DNA of 60,021 nt, the filler included. It is 9 parts of 9 records of this genome, joined end to end, with 100 filler letters (N's around TTAATTAATTAA, not from the genome) between each part and the next. Parts side by side here need not be neighbours in the genome. Positions count along the whole stretch, not along the records: positions 46,816 to 54,103 come from SRR31147125_41116; positions 54,204 to 60,021 come from SRR31147125_41161; 7 more parts are not named here. The stretch is one strand, 5' to 3'. The notes beneath the pieces were generated by a model, which saw only the letters and a program-made list of their open reading frames with translations, had not been told where the DNA came from and searched no databases. The translations under genes were made by a program, and so were the position numbers. Positions 51,421-60,021 of this stretch are shown piece by piece (the first letter of the stretch is position 1; every line of letters begins with the position of its first letter).

Positions 51421-52215
51421 CTAAACCGAAGTAGAGTTATTCAACTTTATGATCGAAAATACAGCACCTTGCAGATCCTGAATGACCGCAAATCGCCCTA
51501 CATTCGGGATGGTGGTCGGTGGCACTTTGATATCGGCTCCCAGTGTTATTGCTTTATCTACACTATCATCACAATCCGCTACTGCAAAATAAACCATCCA
51601 GTGTGGTACTATGTCAATCCATTCCTCTGTCATCTGCAGCATGCCGCCAACAGGTTTACCACGCAAGTCAAACTCGGTGTAATGAGGAATACCCACATCC
51701 GGAGTCTTTATATTCCATCCAAATAAATTAATATAAAAGCTTCGGGCCTTTTTTTCATTACCAGTAGTAAGTTCATTCCAGCACAGCGCTCCGGGTTCAT
51801 TTAAAATCCGTGCTCCAATATGCTTTTTCGGCTGCCATATAGAGAACCTGGCATTTGTCGGATCTTGCAACACAGCCATTCGACCGGCATCAAAGATATC
51901 TGCTGGCGACATGATAACTTTACCGCCGAGAACAGGAACTCTTTTTGTAATAGCATCTGTGTCAGAAACTGAAATAAAGGATTGCCAATGTGGCAGCATA
52001 CCCTCAGAAAGCTGATTATCGTTCATTTGGTACAGGGCACTAACATCTTTGCCTGCCAGTTGTAACATTGTATAATAAACATTCGGACCAGCCGGGATAT
52101 CGACAAAACTCCAATCCAAAAGTTGTGTGTAAAACTTTTTGGCAGATTCTGCATCTGTTGTTGCTAAATCAGCCCAACAGAATGTTCCGTGGTTATATTG
52201 ATTGACTTGGCCCAT
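51421..52215 (-). CDS. VOC/glyoxalase family protein (double domain)
   Basis: Two repeats of CWxxL.T....A..FY..L.GW ... GR.AV.QD..GA.FSI. Confidence 0.92.
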   Translation of the reverse strand: MGQVNQYNHGTFCWADLATTDAESAKKFYTQLLDWSFVDIPAGPNVYYTMLQLAGKDVSALYQMNDNQLSEGMLPHWQSFISVSDTDAITKRVPVLGGKVIMSPADIFDAGRMAVLQDPTNARFSIWQPKKHIGARILNEPGALCWNELTTGNEKKARSFYINLFGWNIKTPDVGIPHYTEFDLRGKPVGGMLQMTEEWIDIVPHWMVYFAVADCDDSVDKAITLGADIKVPPTTIPNVGRFAVIQDLQGAVFSIIKLNNSTSV

Positions 52216-52339
52216 GCACAGTTCCTTTCTTGATTCAGAAACAAAGGCACATCTGAATGGTAAAGATATAATCAATCTTAACAACGAAACAGATATTTTT
52301 TATCCCTATACAGGAAAATAAAACAGGAATATTGAATTA

Positions 52340-52807
52340 TTATTTACACACTAGCAGGTCTTCATACATTTTATAAACTGTTTCTTCCATCCCAAGTTTT
52401 TCATATGTTTTCTGTGCGATCAGATTCTCTCGCTCCACATAAAGTCGAAAACCACACACATTCTCTTCTTTTTTTGCGCACGTTTTTACAAATTCATACA
52501 GTTTGCGATAAATTCCACATCTGCGATGCTCGGGTTTAACATAAACACTTTGAATCCACCAAAAAAAGCCATTTCGCCAATCACTCCACTCTGTAGTGAC
52601 CATCAAACAACCGGCAATAACACCATCCTTTTCTGCGACTATATAAAAGCCAAGCTGACGATTCATTAACATATGCTGAACCCCGGCAGAAATAATATCC
52701 AGCGGAAGCTCCTTTGATTCTGTTTCCCAGGCCATCGCCTGATTAAACTGAACCAAAGCGTCTTTGTCTTGCTCTTGTCCATATCGTATAGATAATGTAT
52801 TTGTCAT
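52340..52807 (-). CDS. GNAT N-acetyltransferase
   Basis: EWSDWRNG, IQSVYVKPEHRRCGIY, NLIAQKTYEKLG. Confidence 0.92.
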   Translation of the reverse strand: MTNTLSIRYGQEQDKDALVQFNQAMAWETESKELPLDIISAGVQHMLMNRQLGFYIVAEKDGVIAGCLMVTTEWSDWRNGFFWWIQSVYVKPEHRRCGIYRKLYEFVKTCAKKEENVCGFRLYVERENLIAQKTYEKLGMEETVYKMYEDLLVCK

Positions 52808-52831
52808 ATCTTTTTTCCAAACAATGTCTTT

Positions 52832-54103
52832 CTATCTCATTTTTCTCAGTACGTTCTCGAGTTTGTTTCTCACTTTTAACACCTCTTTATCAGACGAGTC
52901 GGTTTCAAGCGGATTCTTTTCCAAAGGATCCATGGCAATATCGTAAAGACGTCCATCCTCATAAACTTTCCACCGTTTATCACGGGCAAACCGAGTCTTT
53001 GTCCATTTACCCCATCTGGGGTCATAGTGACAAAACACCCAATCACGTGGTTTGCCCTTTTTCCCACAAAGCTGCGGTAAAAAGCTCTGTCCATCAATCA
53101 TATTACTGCTCTCAAGCGATACTTTTGCGAGCTCGACAAAGGTCGGAACAAAATCGCTAAAATCAACAAGATCATCGCAGGCTTGCCCGGTTGGAGTAAC
53201 TCCTTTCCAGTAAGCTATGAGTGGGACGTGCGTACCTGCATCTGTGCAGTTTCCCTTGCTCCCTTTTACCTGGCCATCCCGTGTTTCAGATGTGATAGTC
53301 CTGTGTGTCCCATTATCTCCGGTAAAAAGAACAAGAGTATTATCTAGTCCGAGTTCTTCTACTTTACCAACAATTCGTCCCACTATTTTATCCATATAAG
53401 CCACCATATCGGCAAAATAGGCGGTATCTTTTTCGTTTTTCTTTTCAGGCCACTCTGGACTATCCGGCGTCGGCACGAACGGACTGTGGACCAGAGCCAT
53501 TGGATAATAGACAAAAAACGGATCGGATTGATGCCGCTCTAAAAACTCACAGATATAGTTACAAAAAACGTCTGATCCATATTTCCCTTCAAGATCTTTG
53601 GCAGGTTCAAAATTTTGTTCTATTCGCGGATCCGCATATCTTGGTCCCTTTTCCTTTATTTGCCACAAGCAGTATTCATCAAAACCAGCCTTGTCCGGAG
53701 TGGCTCCCTTTTCCTGCCATTTCCCGTGTTCTTTTGTACCAAATAATTGCCATTTCCCGACAACGCACGTTTTGTAGCCAGCTTTTTTTAACAGATGAGC
53801 AAAAGTCGTTTCTTCGGGATCGAGAATGCCGAACGCTTTGTAATTACGAAAATTGTACTTTCCTGTCATAATCTGAACTCGTGAAGGCGTACAAAGTGGC
53901 TGTGAATAGCAATGCTCAAAGAACATTCCTTTCTTTGCCAGATTGTCCAAAACCGGCGTTTGATAGGACGTTCCACCGTAGCTGCCAAAACACTCTACTC
54001 CAATATCATCAGCCATAATGAGAATAATGTTTGGCTTTTGCTCTACTTGAACCGCTTTATCCTGCTTTTCAGTTGCCAGTGCAGAACAACAAAAACCCAA
54101 AGC
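52832..54103 (-). CDS. Cys-type (formylglycine) sulfatase, 5' end at contig edge
   Basis: PNIILIMADD, LCTPSRVQIMTG (CxPxR), GKWQ, VHSP, TGDNG. Confidence 0.93.
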   Translation of the reverse strand, partial: ALGFCCSALATEKQDKAVQVEQKPNIILIMADDIGVECFGSYGGTSYQTPVLDNLAKKGMFFEHCYSQPLCTPSRVQIMTGKYNFRNYKAFGILDPEETTFAHLLKKAGYKTCVVGKWQLFGTKEHGKWQEKGATPDKAGFDEYCLWQIKEKGPRYADPRIEQNFEPAKDLEGKYGSDVFCNYICEFLERHQSDPFFVYYPMALVHSPFVPTPDSPEWPEKKNEKDTAYFADMVAYMDKIVGRIVGKVEELGLDNTLVLFTGDNGTHRTITSETRDGQVKGSKGNCTDAGTHVPLIAYWKGVTPTGQACDDLVDFSDFVPTFVELAKVSLESSNMIDGQSFLPQLCGKKGKPRDWVFCHYDPRWGKWTKTRFARDKRWKVYEDGRLYDIAMDPLEKNPLETDSSDKEVLKVRNKLENVLRKMR

Positions 54104-54203
54104 NNNNNNNNNNNNNNNNNNNNNNNNNNNNNNNNNNNNNNNNNNNNTTAATTAATTAANNNNNNNNNNNNNNNNNNNNNNNNNNNNNNNNNNNNNNNNN
54201 NNN
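54104..54203. other. Artificial contig linker
   Basis: Same 100-nt spacer. Confidence 0.99.
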
Positions 54204-54405
54204 CGCCAACCTCAGCCCGCCGCTCCCCCCGCCAATCCTGCCGCTCAGCGTTTAAGGCCTTTTCTCTTGCCGAGCACAAGAGTAAGGTCACTTTCAGAAA
54301 CATAACGCGGAACATCTCATCGGCTTTGAATGCACCGTGACAATCACTACGCCGCCGTCCAGAACGATGGCTTTGATGGCTGAGTCCAACGCAAGGAGAA
54401 TCACC

Positions 54406-54573
54406 ATGTTCGAACTTCTTTTACAAATGGCTTTCGCAGTTTTTATTTTTGCTGGCGTCGTCTACTTCCCGATTTTCTTCTGGCTGAAAACACACCAGAT
54501 CGATGACGACATCTCCACTCCGGCAGCGACCCACAAACGCAAGTTCAAAGCAACTCTGGCCGGCTCTCACTGA
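54406..54573 (+). CDS. Small single-TM hypothetical protein (55 aa)
   Basis: AAGGAG RBS, one hydrophobic helix, followed by a terminator. Confidence 0.55.
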   Translation: MFELLLQMAFAVFIFAGVVYFPIFFWLKTHQIDDDISTPAATHKRKFKATLAGSH

Positions 54574-54590
54574 AGCAGGTCCGACAGCAC

Positions 54591-54620
54591 AAAAAAGCCG
54601 CATTTAACGTGCGGGCTTTT
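54591..54620. terminator. Probable bidirectional terminator
   Basis: AAAAAAGCCGCA...TGCGGGCTTTT between convergent genes. Confidence 0.55.
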
Positions 54621-54650
54621 CTATTCGTTCTCTGATTGAGCAATCAAGGC

Positions 54651-55169
54651 TCACTCAGCCAGCTTATTCAACTCGTCCAGGATTTCCTTCTGCTCGTAAA
54701 TCTTTTCGTGATAATAGTTCCAGACATGATAGCTCTGCAGTCCAAGAATCGTTAACCCAACGGTAAAAATCGCCCAGAAGTTATCGGCCAGACCATCGGA
54801 GAAGTGGTAAAAAATGTAAAACGCGCCGAGATAGCCAAAATGCGCAAGGGCTCCACGCGGCTTTTTGTCACTGGCCATGCTTGTCAGAACCAGAATAATC
54901 GCAGAAAAGCCATACATCACCAACGCCCAGTTAATATATTTAACTGGAGGCCCCTCTCCCAGAAAAGCACGGATTCCTTCACTCAGCGGCGGAAGAAAAT
55001 CGAAATTTCGAAAAGCTCCCATGCTGAGCGCCGTAAACAGTGCAAGAATCCAGAGTCCGGTACTCGACAGCAGTTCAAACTTTTTGATCTTGGCCTGAAC
55101 CTGCTTTACCAGTGGGTTGATGTCCGGCATTGGAGCTTCTTCCGGTTCCTGATTCATCTGTTCCGTCAT
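54651..55169 (-). CDS. 4-TM membrane protein of the type found with Geobacter/Desulfuromonas menaquinol oxidoreductase clusters
   Basis: Four hydrophobic segments. Last gene downstream of the cytochrome/FeS/NrfD cluster. Family assignment is from recall. Confidence 0.55.
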   Translation of the reverse strand: MTEQMNQEPEEAPMPDINPLVKQVQAKIKKFELLSSTGLWILALFTALSMGAFRNFDFLPPLSEGIRAFLGEGPPVKYINWALVMYGFSAIILVLTSMASDKKPRGALAHFGYLGAFYIFYHFSDGLADNFWAIFTVGLTILGLQSYHVWNYYHEKIYEQKEILDELNKLAE

Positions 55170-55980
55170 GAACTTTATTATCCCGGGATTCGCCAATTTT
55201 TAGATCCTGCCACGCCTGGTCGCGCTGCTTGACCAGCAGACGAAAGTTCTTATTCAATTGACCCAGTTTATGATCTGATTTCGGCAAGTCTGATTCAGGG
55301 GTTCCCTGTGCTGCCTGCTCGGCGTTGTGCGTCAATCGAAGGATCGGCATGAACAGGTTCATACGCAACAGTGCCGTAACGCCGCCAATCGTCAAAAAAA
55401 GCACCATGATGCTGAAAACTATCATTCTGCTTTTGAGCAAAGCAAGCGTATTTTCCAGGTTTCGGCTCGACACTCCAATACTTAAAAACCCAAGTATTTT
55501 CTCATTTTCAGCGTGCACATGACAGGCTGCCGTAGAACATTTCGGTTCATTCAGTATCGGGAAAGAGACCGCGATGTGACCATTGTCATGGTCAACATTA
55601 TGACGGGCTTCCATACCCTGGGTGCTGTCCGCTTTGAGAAATCCGGAGATGTGATCATCAATAATGACTGAAAGCGCCGTCGGCTCTTCACGCCCCGTGT
55701 AGCGAACAACCCCCTCCTGGTCATAGATCTTAAGAAGTTCGATGTCCGACCGCGTACCGATATTGGTCACAATATCCTGAATGGCGCTGCGGTTATCTTC
55801 CATCATGGCGGAAACCGTGGCATTTCCTACGGTGCGGGCACAGCCATCGAGATGGCGTGTCGCCTCAGCGGTCATATCTGACTTGATAAAGGAATAGAGC
55901 AGGAAGCACCCGAAAATAACAAACCCGGTGACCGCAATTGTAACCGGCACAATGGCTCTAGCAATCAGGTTATCAAACAT
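55075..55980 (-). CDS. Membrane sensor-like protein: periplasmic CxxxxCH heme-type domain plus degenerate HAMP, with no output domain
   Basis: TM, periplasmic domain with NEPKCSTAACH...ILG, second TM, then a HAMP-like helix. The ORF ends without kinase or MCP motifs. Confidence 0.7.
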   Translation of the reverse strand: MFDNLIARAIVPVTIAVTGFVIFGCFLLYSFIKSDMTAEATRHLDGCARTVGNATVSAMMEDNRSAIQDIVTNIGTRSDIELLKIYDQEGVVRYTGREEPTALSVIIDDHISGFLKADSTQGMEARHNVDHDNGHIAVSFPILNEPKCSTAACHVHAENEKILGFLSIGVSSRNLENTLALLKSRMIVFSIMVLFLTIGGVTALLRMNLFMPILRLTHNAEQAAQGTPESDLPKSDHKLGQLNKNFRLLVKQRDQAWQDLKIGESRDNKVHDGTDESGTGRSSNAGHQPTGKAGSGQDQKV

Positions 55981-56002
55981 AAATCCTCGCCCTTAAACGA
56001 CT

Positions 56003-56036
56003 AAAAAATTGGCGGGTGGGCTGATCTCCACCCGCC
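56003..56036 (-). terminator. Intrinsic terminator after the NrfD-family gene
   Basis: Minus strand GGCGGGTGG-N8-CCACCCGCC-AATTTTTT. Confidence 0.65.
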
Positions 56037-56080
56037 GGGGATAACATTGTCTTCACATCATGTGAAAGACCATCTGCGTG

Positions 56081-57364
56081 TCATTCCTTACCGGATCCTG
56101 GAGGGAGGACCGGTTCAGACTGTTCCCTGTACTGATACAGGATTGGTAAACGGTTCAGAATAAAGCGATACGTTGCAATATAGATCGCAAAGATCGTAAT
56201 GCTGATAATCACTTCCCACATATGCGGGATTTCCTGGTAAAGCTTCCAGTTGAAGGTAATCAGCGCAGTGTTCAGGCGGTTCAGGAGAATGCCGAATACA
56301 GTGATAAAAGCACCCAGACGACAGACCAGAACCAGCTTGTGGTGAATCCCATAAGCCAGCAGGAACAGCGGCAGGCAAACACCGGCTAACATTTCGAACA
56401 GCCACCAGGCTCCCCAGCCCGTTGCAATGTAAGCCCACTCGTTGTCGTGTGCGACAGCGATCAGCTTGATGAACAGGTAGGTGATCAGACCCATGGCGGC
56501 ACCCTTGGCCAGCGAGATCGTGATCCGGTCGAGGTTGTCGAGGAAGCGATCATCACAGCGCCACTTCATGGTCAGGATAACGACGGTGCTGACACAAATG
56601 ACCATGCACAGACCAGCCGGAATCGAGGACGCGAAGAAGTGGATCCACTGGAATGCTGCTGAGTACCAGAGTGGATGTACTTTTCCAGGCGCGTACACAA
56701 ACAGCGCCCCCAAAGCACCCTGGTGCAAAGTCGACAGGATGATACCGGAAACGGTCAGGCCAACCGTTCCTTTACGAATAAATTCATAACCGCGCGGGAA
56801 GCCGATCCACTCGAAGAAGGCGGTCGAGACTTCCATCACCTGAACGGACAGATAGGTGGCAACGTGCCAGCCGACCAGAAATAAAACAGCCGCGGGTCCC
56901 CAGGAGACAAACATCGGGTAAATCAGACGCCAGGGCTGACCCAAATCGACCATCAGGTAGATAACAGCAAAGAGATACCCGAGCAGGCCGTTGAGCAGGG
57001 CCAGTCGTTCGATCGGCTCAAAATCATGCCGGCCGAATATTTCCACCGTTGTCCCCAGCATGAACCCGGACGCCGATAACGGCACCATACAGAACAATCC
57101 GAATCCGAGGAACAGGCCCCATGGATAATCATATGATCCATGAGTGACCGCCCCGAGACTGAAGACAAAACGATAAAGAATGACCGGGATACCAACGGCG
57201 AAGATGGCAGCCAGAATCCAGTTGAATTTGTTACGGATCACCTGACCGATGTACTGATCCAAGGTCAGACCGAGGAGAATCTTCTCCATCAGAGTCCACT
57301 TTTCTCCATCCGCTTTCAGCTCCGCATCATGCGGCTTAATTCCGTAAGTAGCTAACTTTTTCAT
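56081..57364 (-). CDS. NrfD/PsrC-family quinol oxidoreductase membrane subunit (HmcC/HybB/CbcU-like)
   Basis: YPWGL, DLGQPWRL, LSTLHQGALG, HPLWYS, LNRLN and about 10 TM helices. Confidence 0.9.
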   Translation of the reverse strand: MKKLATYGIKPHDAELKADGEKWTLMEKILLGLTLDQYIGQVIRNKFNWILAAIFAVGIPVILYRFVFSLGAVTHGSYDYPWGLFLGFGLFCMVPLSASGFMLGTTVEIFGRHDFEPIERLALLNGLLGYLFAVIYLMVDLGQPWRLIYPMFVSWGPAAVLFLVGWHVATYLSVQVMEVSTAFFEWIGFPRGYEFIRKGTVGLTVSGIILSTLHQGALGALFVYAPGKVHPLWYSAAFQWIHFFASSIPAGLCMVICVSTVVILTMKWRCDDRFLDNLDRITISLAKGAAMGLITYLFIKLIAVAHDNEWAYIATGWGAWWLFEMLAGVCLPLFLLAYGIHHKLVLVCRLGAFITVFGILLNRLNTALITFNWKLYQEIPHMWEVIISITIFAIYIATYRFILNRLPILYQYREQSEPVLPPGSGKE

Positions 57365-57366
57365 GA

Positions 57367-58302
57367 TCAGTGACCCTCCTGCCCATCATGGCTGTGATCA
57401 TCTCCATGTCCGTGAGACTTTCCTTTGGTTGCAAGCAGGTGGAAACCTGTAAACAATGCCGGCCAGATCGACAGAACCATCGGGACAATCGCAAGGAAGT
57501 CCTTCACGTTATTGATAATCGGCTCTTTTGGCAGAGAGGTATCAAAACCAGCTTCTTCGAATGGAGCGTTGGAAATGTAGAACCAGCCGGTTCCGCCGAC
57601 TTCTTTTTCACCGTAGACGTGATCGACATATTGTCCAGGATTCTTGCGGATCCGCTCATGGGCGATTTTCAACAGTTCTTTCCGCTTGCCGAAGGTCATA
57701 ACCTGCTGCGGACAGCTCTCGACACATGCCGGCGGCTTACCCTGTTTCAGGCGTGTGTCATAACAGAAGATACACTTCTTGATGACCGGGTTCAGAACCG
57801 AATCGTAGGTGTAACCCGGGATATGGAACGGACAGGCAATCATACAGTTCCGGCAACCGACACAGACCTTCGAATCGTAGATAACGGCGCCTTCCGGGGT
57901 CTTGGTGTAAGCGTTGACAAAACAGGATGTCAGACAGGCCGGCTCGTTACAGTGGTTACACTGAATCTTGCGATACAGTGGTTCATCGGAACCCTTCGGC
58001 TCATAACGGTTGACCACGGTGTAGGCTTTGTCCGTCGGGCGACGTTTCTGTCCATGATGAATTTCATCAAAGACCGAAGTGTCATCAAACGGTTTGGCCG
58101 GTGCCGGAAGGTTCTGCTCAACATTACAAGCGGCTTCACAGGTCCGGCACCCGACACAACGGGTCAGGTCAGCAGAACGCCCATACCATCCGGGAACCCT
58201 TCAAAGCTGCCGGCTGCGAACGATTTTTGCTGGACTCATCATGACGGCAGCCCCGCCAGCCATGCTTCCAGCTAAAAATTTTCTACGTGATATTTTACTC
58301 AT
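57367..58302 (-). CDS. Tat-exported 4Fe-4S dicluster protein (HmcB/HybA/CbcT-like); two frameshifts near 58230 and 58170
   Basis: AAGGAG RBS, then MSKISRRKFLAG (Tat signal), DLTRCVGCRTCEAAC, CNHCNEPACLTSC, CVGCRNCMIACP, KCIFC...PACVESCP and a C-terminal TM. Confidence 0.9.
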
Positions 58303-58329
58303 GACGAAATCTCCTTATCGTGGTCCCGT

Positions 58330-58857
58330 TCAGTGGCCTGATCCGTGATCAGCATCCGCCTTCGGGGCAAACTCACCAGAACGATAGAACTTGTCTCCAG
58401 CCTCAGTTTTTGCGTGGCAATCTTCGCAGCCTGTAGGCCCGTCGACTTCCTTATGGCAGCCGATACAGTTCAAATGATAGGCAGCCTTCAGGTTCGGTTG
58501 GTCGTCATGGTATTTAAACTTCGAAGGTGTGGTGTGAAAGTTCTCTGCAGAAACAGGGTCAGCGGAATGGCAATCCTGGCAGGACACTGAATCCATTTCC
58601 TCTTCCCCGGTGTGACATTTGGCGCAATACTGGTTGGTGACACCTGTTCCGGTCGTGTGATGGTGGCAGTCAGCACAGTTCTCGGTGGCATCCACATGCA
58701 TCGCGTGGTCAAAAACAACCCCTTCATACAGATTCGCCAGGGCGTCAATCTCGACTTCCTCTGGAAAATCATCCATTGCGTAACAACCAGCGGCCAGGAC
58801 TGCAATCAGTAGCAAAGCAGCCAGCCCTGTCATCAGTTGTTTTGCGGCATATACCAT
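58330..58857 (-). CDS. Cytochrome c3-family multiheme cytochrome (5 CxxCH)
   Basis: Signal peptide, VVFDHAMH, CADCH, CAKCH, CQDCH, CIGCH, CEDCH. Confidence 0.92.
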   Translation of the reverse strand: MVYAAKQLMTGLAALLLIAVLAAGCYAMDDFPEEVEIDALANLYEGVVFDHAMHVDATENCADCHHHTTGTGVTNQYCAKCHTGEEEMDSVSCQDCHSADPVSAENFHTTPSKFKYHDDQPNLKAAYHLNCIGCHKEVDGPTGCEDCHAKTEAGDKFYRSGEFAPKADADHGSGH

Positions 58858-58934
58858 AGCCTTTACTCCTTAGTTCAGATTCCACCCGGTGTATTCAACC
58901 GGGCAGTCCATTAAAAAAACAGGTCCGGGTTGCT

Positions 58935-59096
58935 TTACTTGTCCTCGTCGCCGCCGTGGATATAACGGGAAAACATCGGGAAAACAGTGAACAGCAACAG
59001 GCAAAGCAGATACTCCAGACCTTTGATGTAGGTGTAATAATCAACGGTTGTGTAGATCTGCTTGACGTATCCGACATTCAAGAAAAAATCGATCAT
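58935..59096 (-). CDS. Small HmcD-like (hmc operon protein 4-like) membrane protein, 53 aa; not in the ORF track
   Basis: GAGAGGT RBS, then MIDFFLNVGYVKQIYTTVDYYTYIKGLEYLLCLLLFTVFPMFSRYIHGGDEDK*. The T..DY.T..KG..Y plus TM pattern resembles HmcD as recalled. Confidence 0.65.
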   Translation of the reverse strand: MIDFFLNVGYVKQIYTTVDYYTYIKGLEYLLCLLLFTVFPMFSRYIHGGDEDK

Positions 59097-59121
59097 AGGA
59101 ATTACCTCTCAAGAGAAAAGA

Positions 59122-59367
59122 TCAGTGCTTCTTGGCAGAAGCAGCAAGTTTTTTTCCTGATGTACTCTTAGCGGCTTCCTTGGTCATGCCGAACAGCGCG
59201 AGTACCGCAGGGACAAGTTGCGCAACGATGAGCAGCGCACAGAAACCGACAAACAGCAGAATCAGGATGCCGCTGTTGTAGGTCTGGCTGGTATCAACCG
59301 CCAGAGCTGGTGACACCGCCATCAGCAGAAAAGCCAATGAAGCGATCAGTGTTTTCATTCCTTGCAT
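59122..59367 (-). CDS. Small Desulfuromonadales-type membrane protein
   Basis: GAGGAGG RBS, signal peptide, LFVGFCALLIVAQLVPA motif. Confidence 0.75.
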   Translation of the reverse strand: MQGMKTLIASLAFLLMAVSPALAVDTSQTYNSGILILLFVGFCALLIVAQLVPAVLALFGMTKEAAKSTSGKKLAASAKKH

Positions 59368-59480
59368 ATAAGCCTCCTCAAAATGTGTATCCGCTGTCAG
59401 CTGGCAGGTGCTTAAGCGGCTCAATAATGTTGGCAATCAGTGATCCCTCCTTGCGGACGGGTTGATTGCCCGACTAAAAG

Positions 59481-59726
59481 TTATCGATTCACAGCCGACT
59501 TCTGCTGCTCGGATCCTTTGCCACCGGCCAGGCCTCGAACCATGCCGAAAAACATCAGGCAGGCAGGCACCAGCTGAAAGACAACGATCAAAGCAAAAAA
59601 ACCGATAAACAGAGCCAGCAGGAAAGATCCTCCTGAATCCGATTGTTCAGCGGCAGCAAATAATGGCGAACAGAGTGTCAGCACTCCGGCGATACTCAGC
59701 AGAAAAGTCACAACGTTTTTTTTCAT
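59481..59726 (-). CDS. Small membrane protein, paralog of 59122..59367
   Basis: GAAGGAG RBS, signal peptide, LFIGFFALIVVFQLVPA motif. Confidence 0.75.
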   Translation of the reverse strand: MKKNVVTFLLSIAGVLTLCSPLFAAAEQSDSGGSFLLALFIGFFALIVVFQLVPACLMFFGMVRGLAGGKGSEQQKSAVNR

Positions 59727-59772
59727 TTCTGTCTCCTTCACAAAATAAACATCTGAATCCGTCCGTCTAATT

Positions 59773-59788
59773 TGCAGAGGACATGCCA
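59773..59788 (-). promoter_or_regulatory. Sigma54 (-24/-12) promoter of the respiratory operon
   Basis: Minus strand TGGCATGTCCTCTGCA: GG-N10-GC with TGGCA context, about 45 nt upstream of the first ATG. Confidence 0.7.
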
Positions 59789-60021
59789 TCCGGACATTTT
59801 TAGAAAACAAAAACGTAACTCACTGTTTTATCTGAGGAATCAAGAGGACTATGGAAGAGGGGGGAAAACAAGGAACGTTCTACGTGTATGTTTTTTTTAT
59901 ACGCCTAAAGAGGATATTTCGCCGTAATTAACGCGATATTGTTTCTACAGCCCTGTAAATGCGGGCTCTCAAGAGCGCCTTAAAATTGTATACAGTATAC
60001 GTTATATAAAATATATTTTTT

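Noticed and set aside
54204-54405. Riboswitch (e.g. c-di-GMP-I) upstream of the small ORF
   Set aside because: No recognisable conserved aptamer motif. An Infernal scan would be needed to exclude it fully.
57370-58275. 301-aa plus-strand ORF, and similar long antisense ORFs at 38493..39224, 13961..14545 and 30813..31286
   Set aside because: These are shadows of well-supported genes on the opposite strand and carry no recognisable motifs.

Overview
This is not one continuous locus. It is nine short contigs, probably from several organisms in a metagenome, joined by eight artificial 100-nt linkers (N44-TTAATTAATTAA-N44). Adjacency across a linker has no biological meaning. At least nine genes have frameshifts, mostly at homopolymer runs, which looks like sequencing error. 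(1) 1-7774, Bacteroidota-like: the 3' end of a 'KIEELTLY' tail-fibre-like gene, a T9SS-sorted protein, a giant SpvB/FG-GAP/RHS protein with a C-terminal HExxH domain, and a candidate immunity gene. (2) 7875-15629: a DUF4932-like lipoprotein, a TlpA-like protein, a UDG-superfamily protein, a RAYT-type HUH Y1 transposase flanked by 15 copies of the palindrome CCTTC[C/G]GAAGG in a highly ordered array, and a large secreted propeller/helical protein. (3) 15730-22608: TonB receptor, T9SS beta-helix protein, GH36-like enzyme and a nested-IR miniature element. (4) 22709-28018: OmpR/sensor kinase pair, SHOCT protein, feoAB. (5) 28119-33976: a UvrD remnant and BREX type 1 brxABC, followed by a truncated ATPase. 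(6) 34077-39768: two DUF1538 genes, P-II, CBS, a yhhQ remnant and a multidomain phytase. (7) 39869-46715: half of tRNA-Phe, PAP2, TPR, DUF4292 and two GT2 genes. (8) 46816-54103: SLC13/TrkA-C transporter, deacetylase-like protein, VOC, GNAT, sulfatase. (9) 54204-60021: a sigma54-type Hmc/Cbc4-like respiratory operon of Desulfuromonadales type. The most unusual signals are the fixed-length REP-pair array around the RAYT, which contains an apparent deletion scar, and the T9SS/tail-fibre-linked RHS toxin locus.
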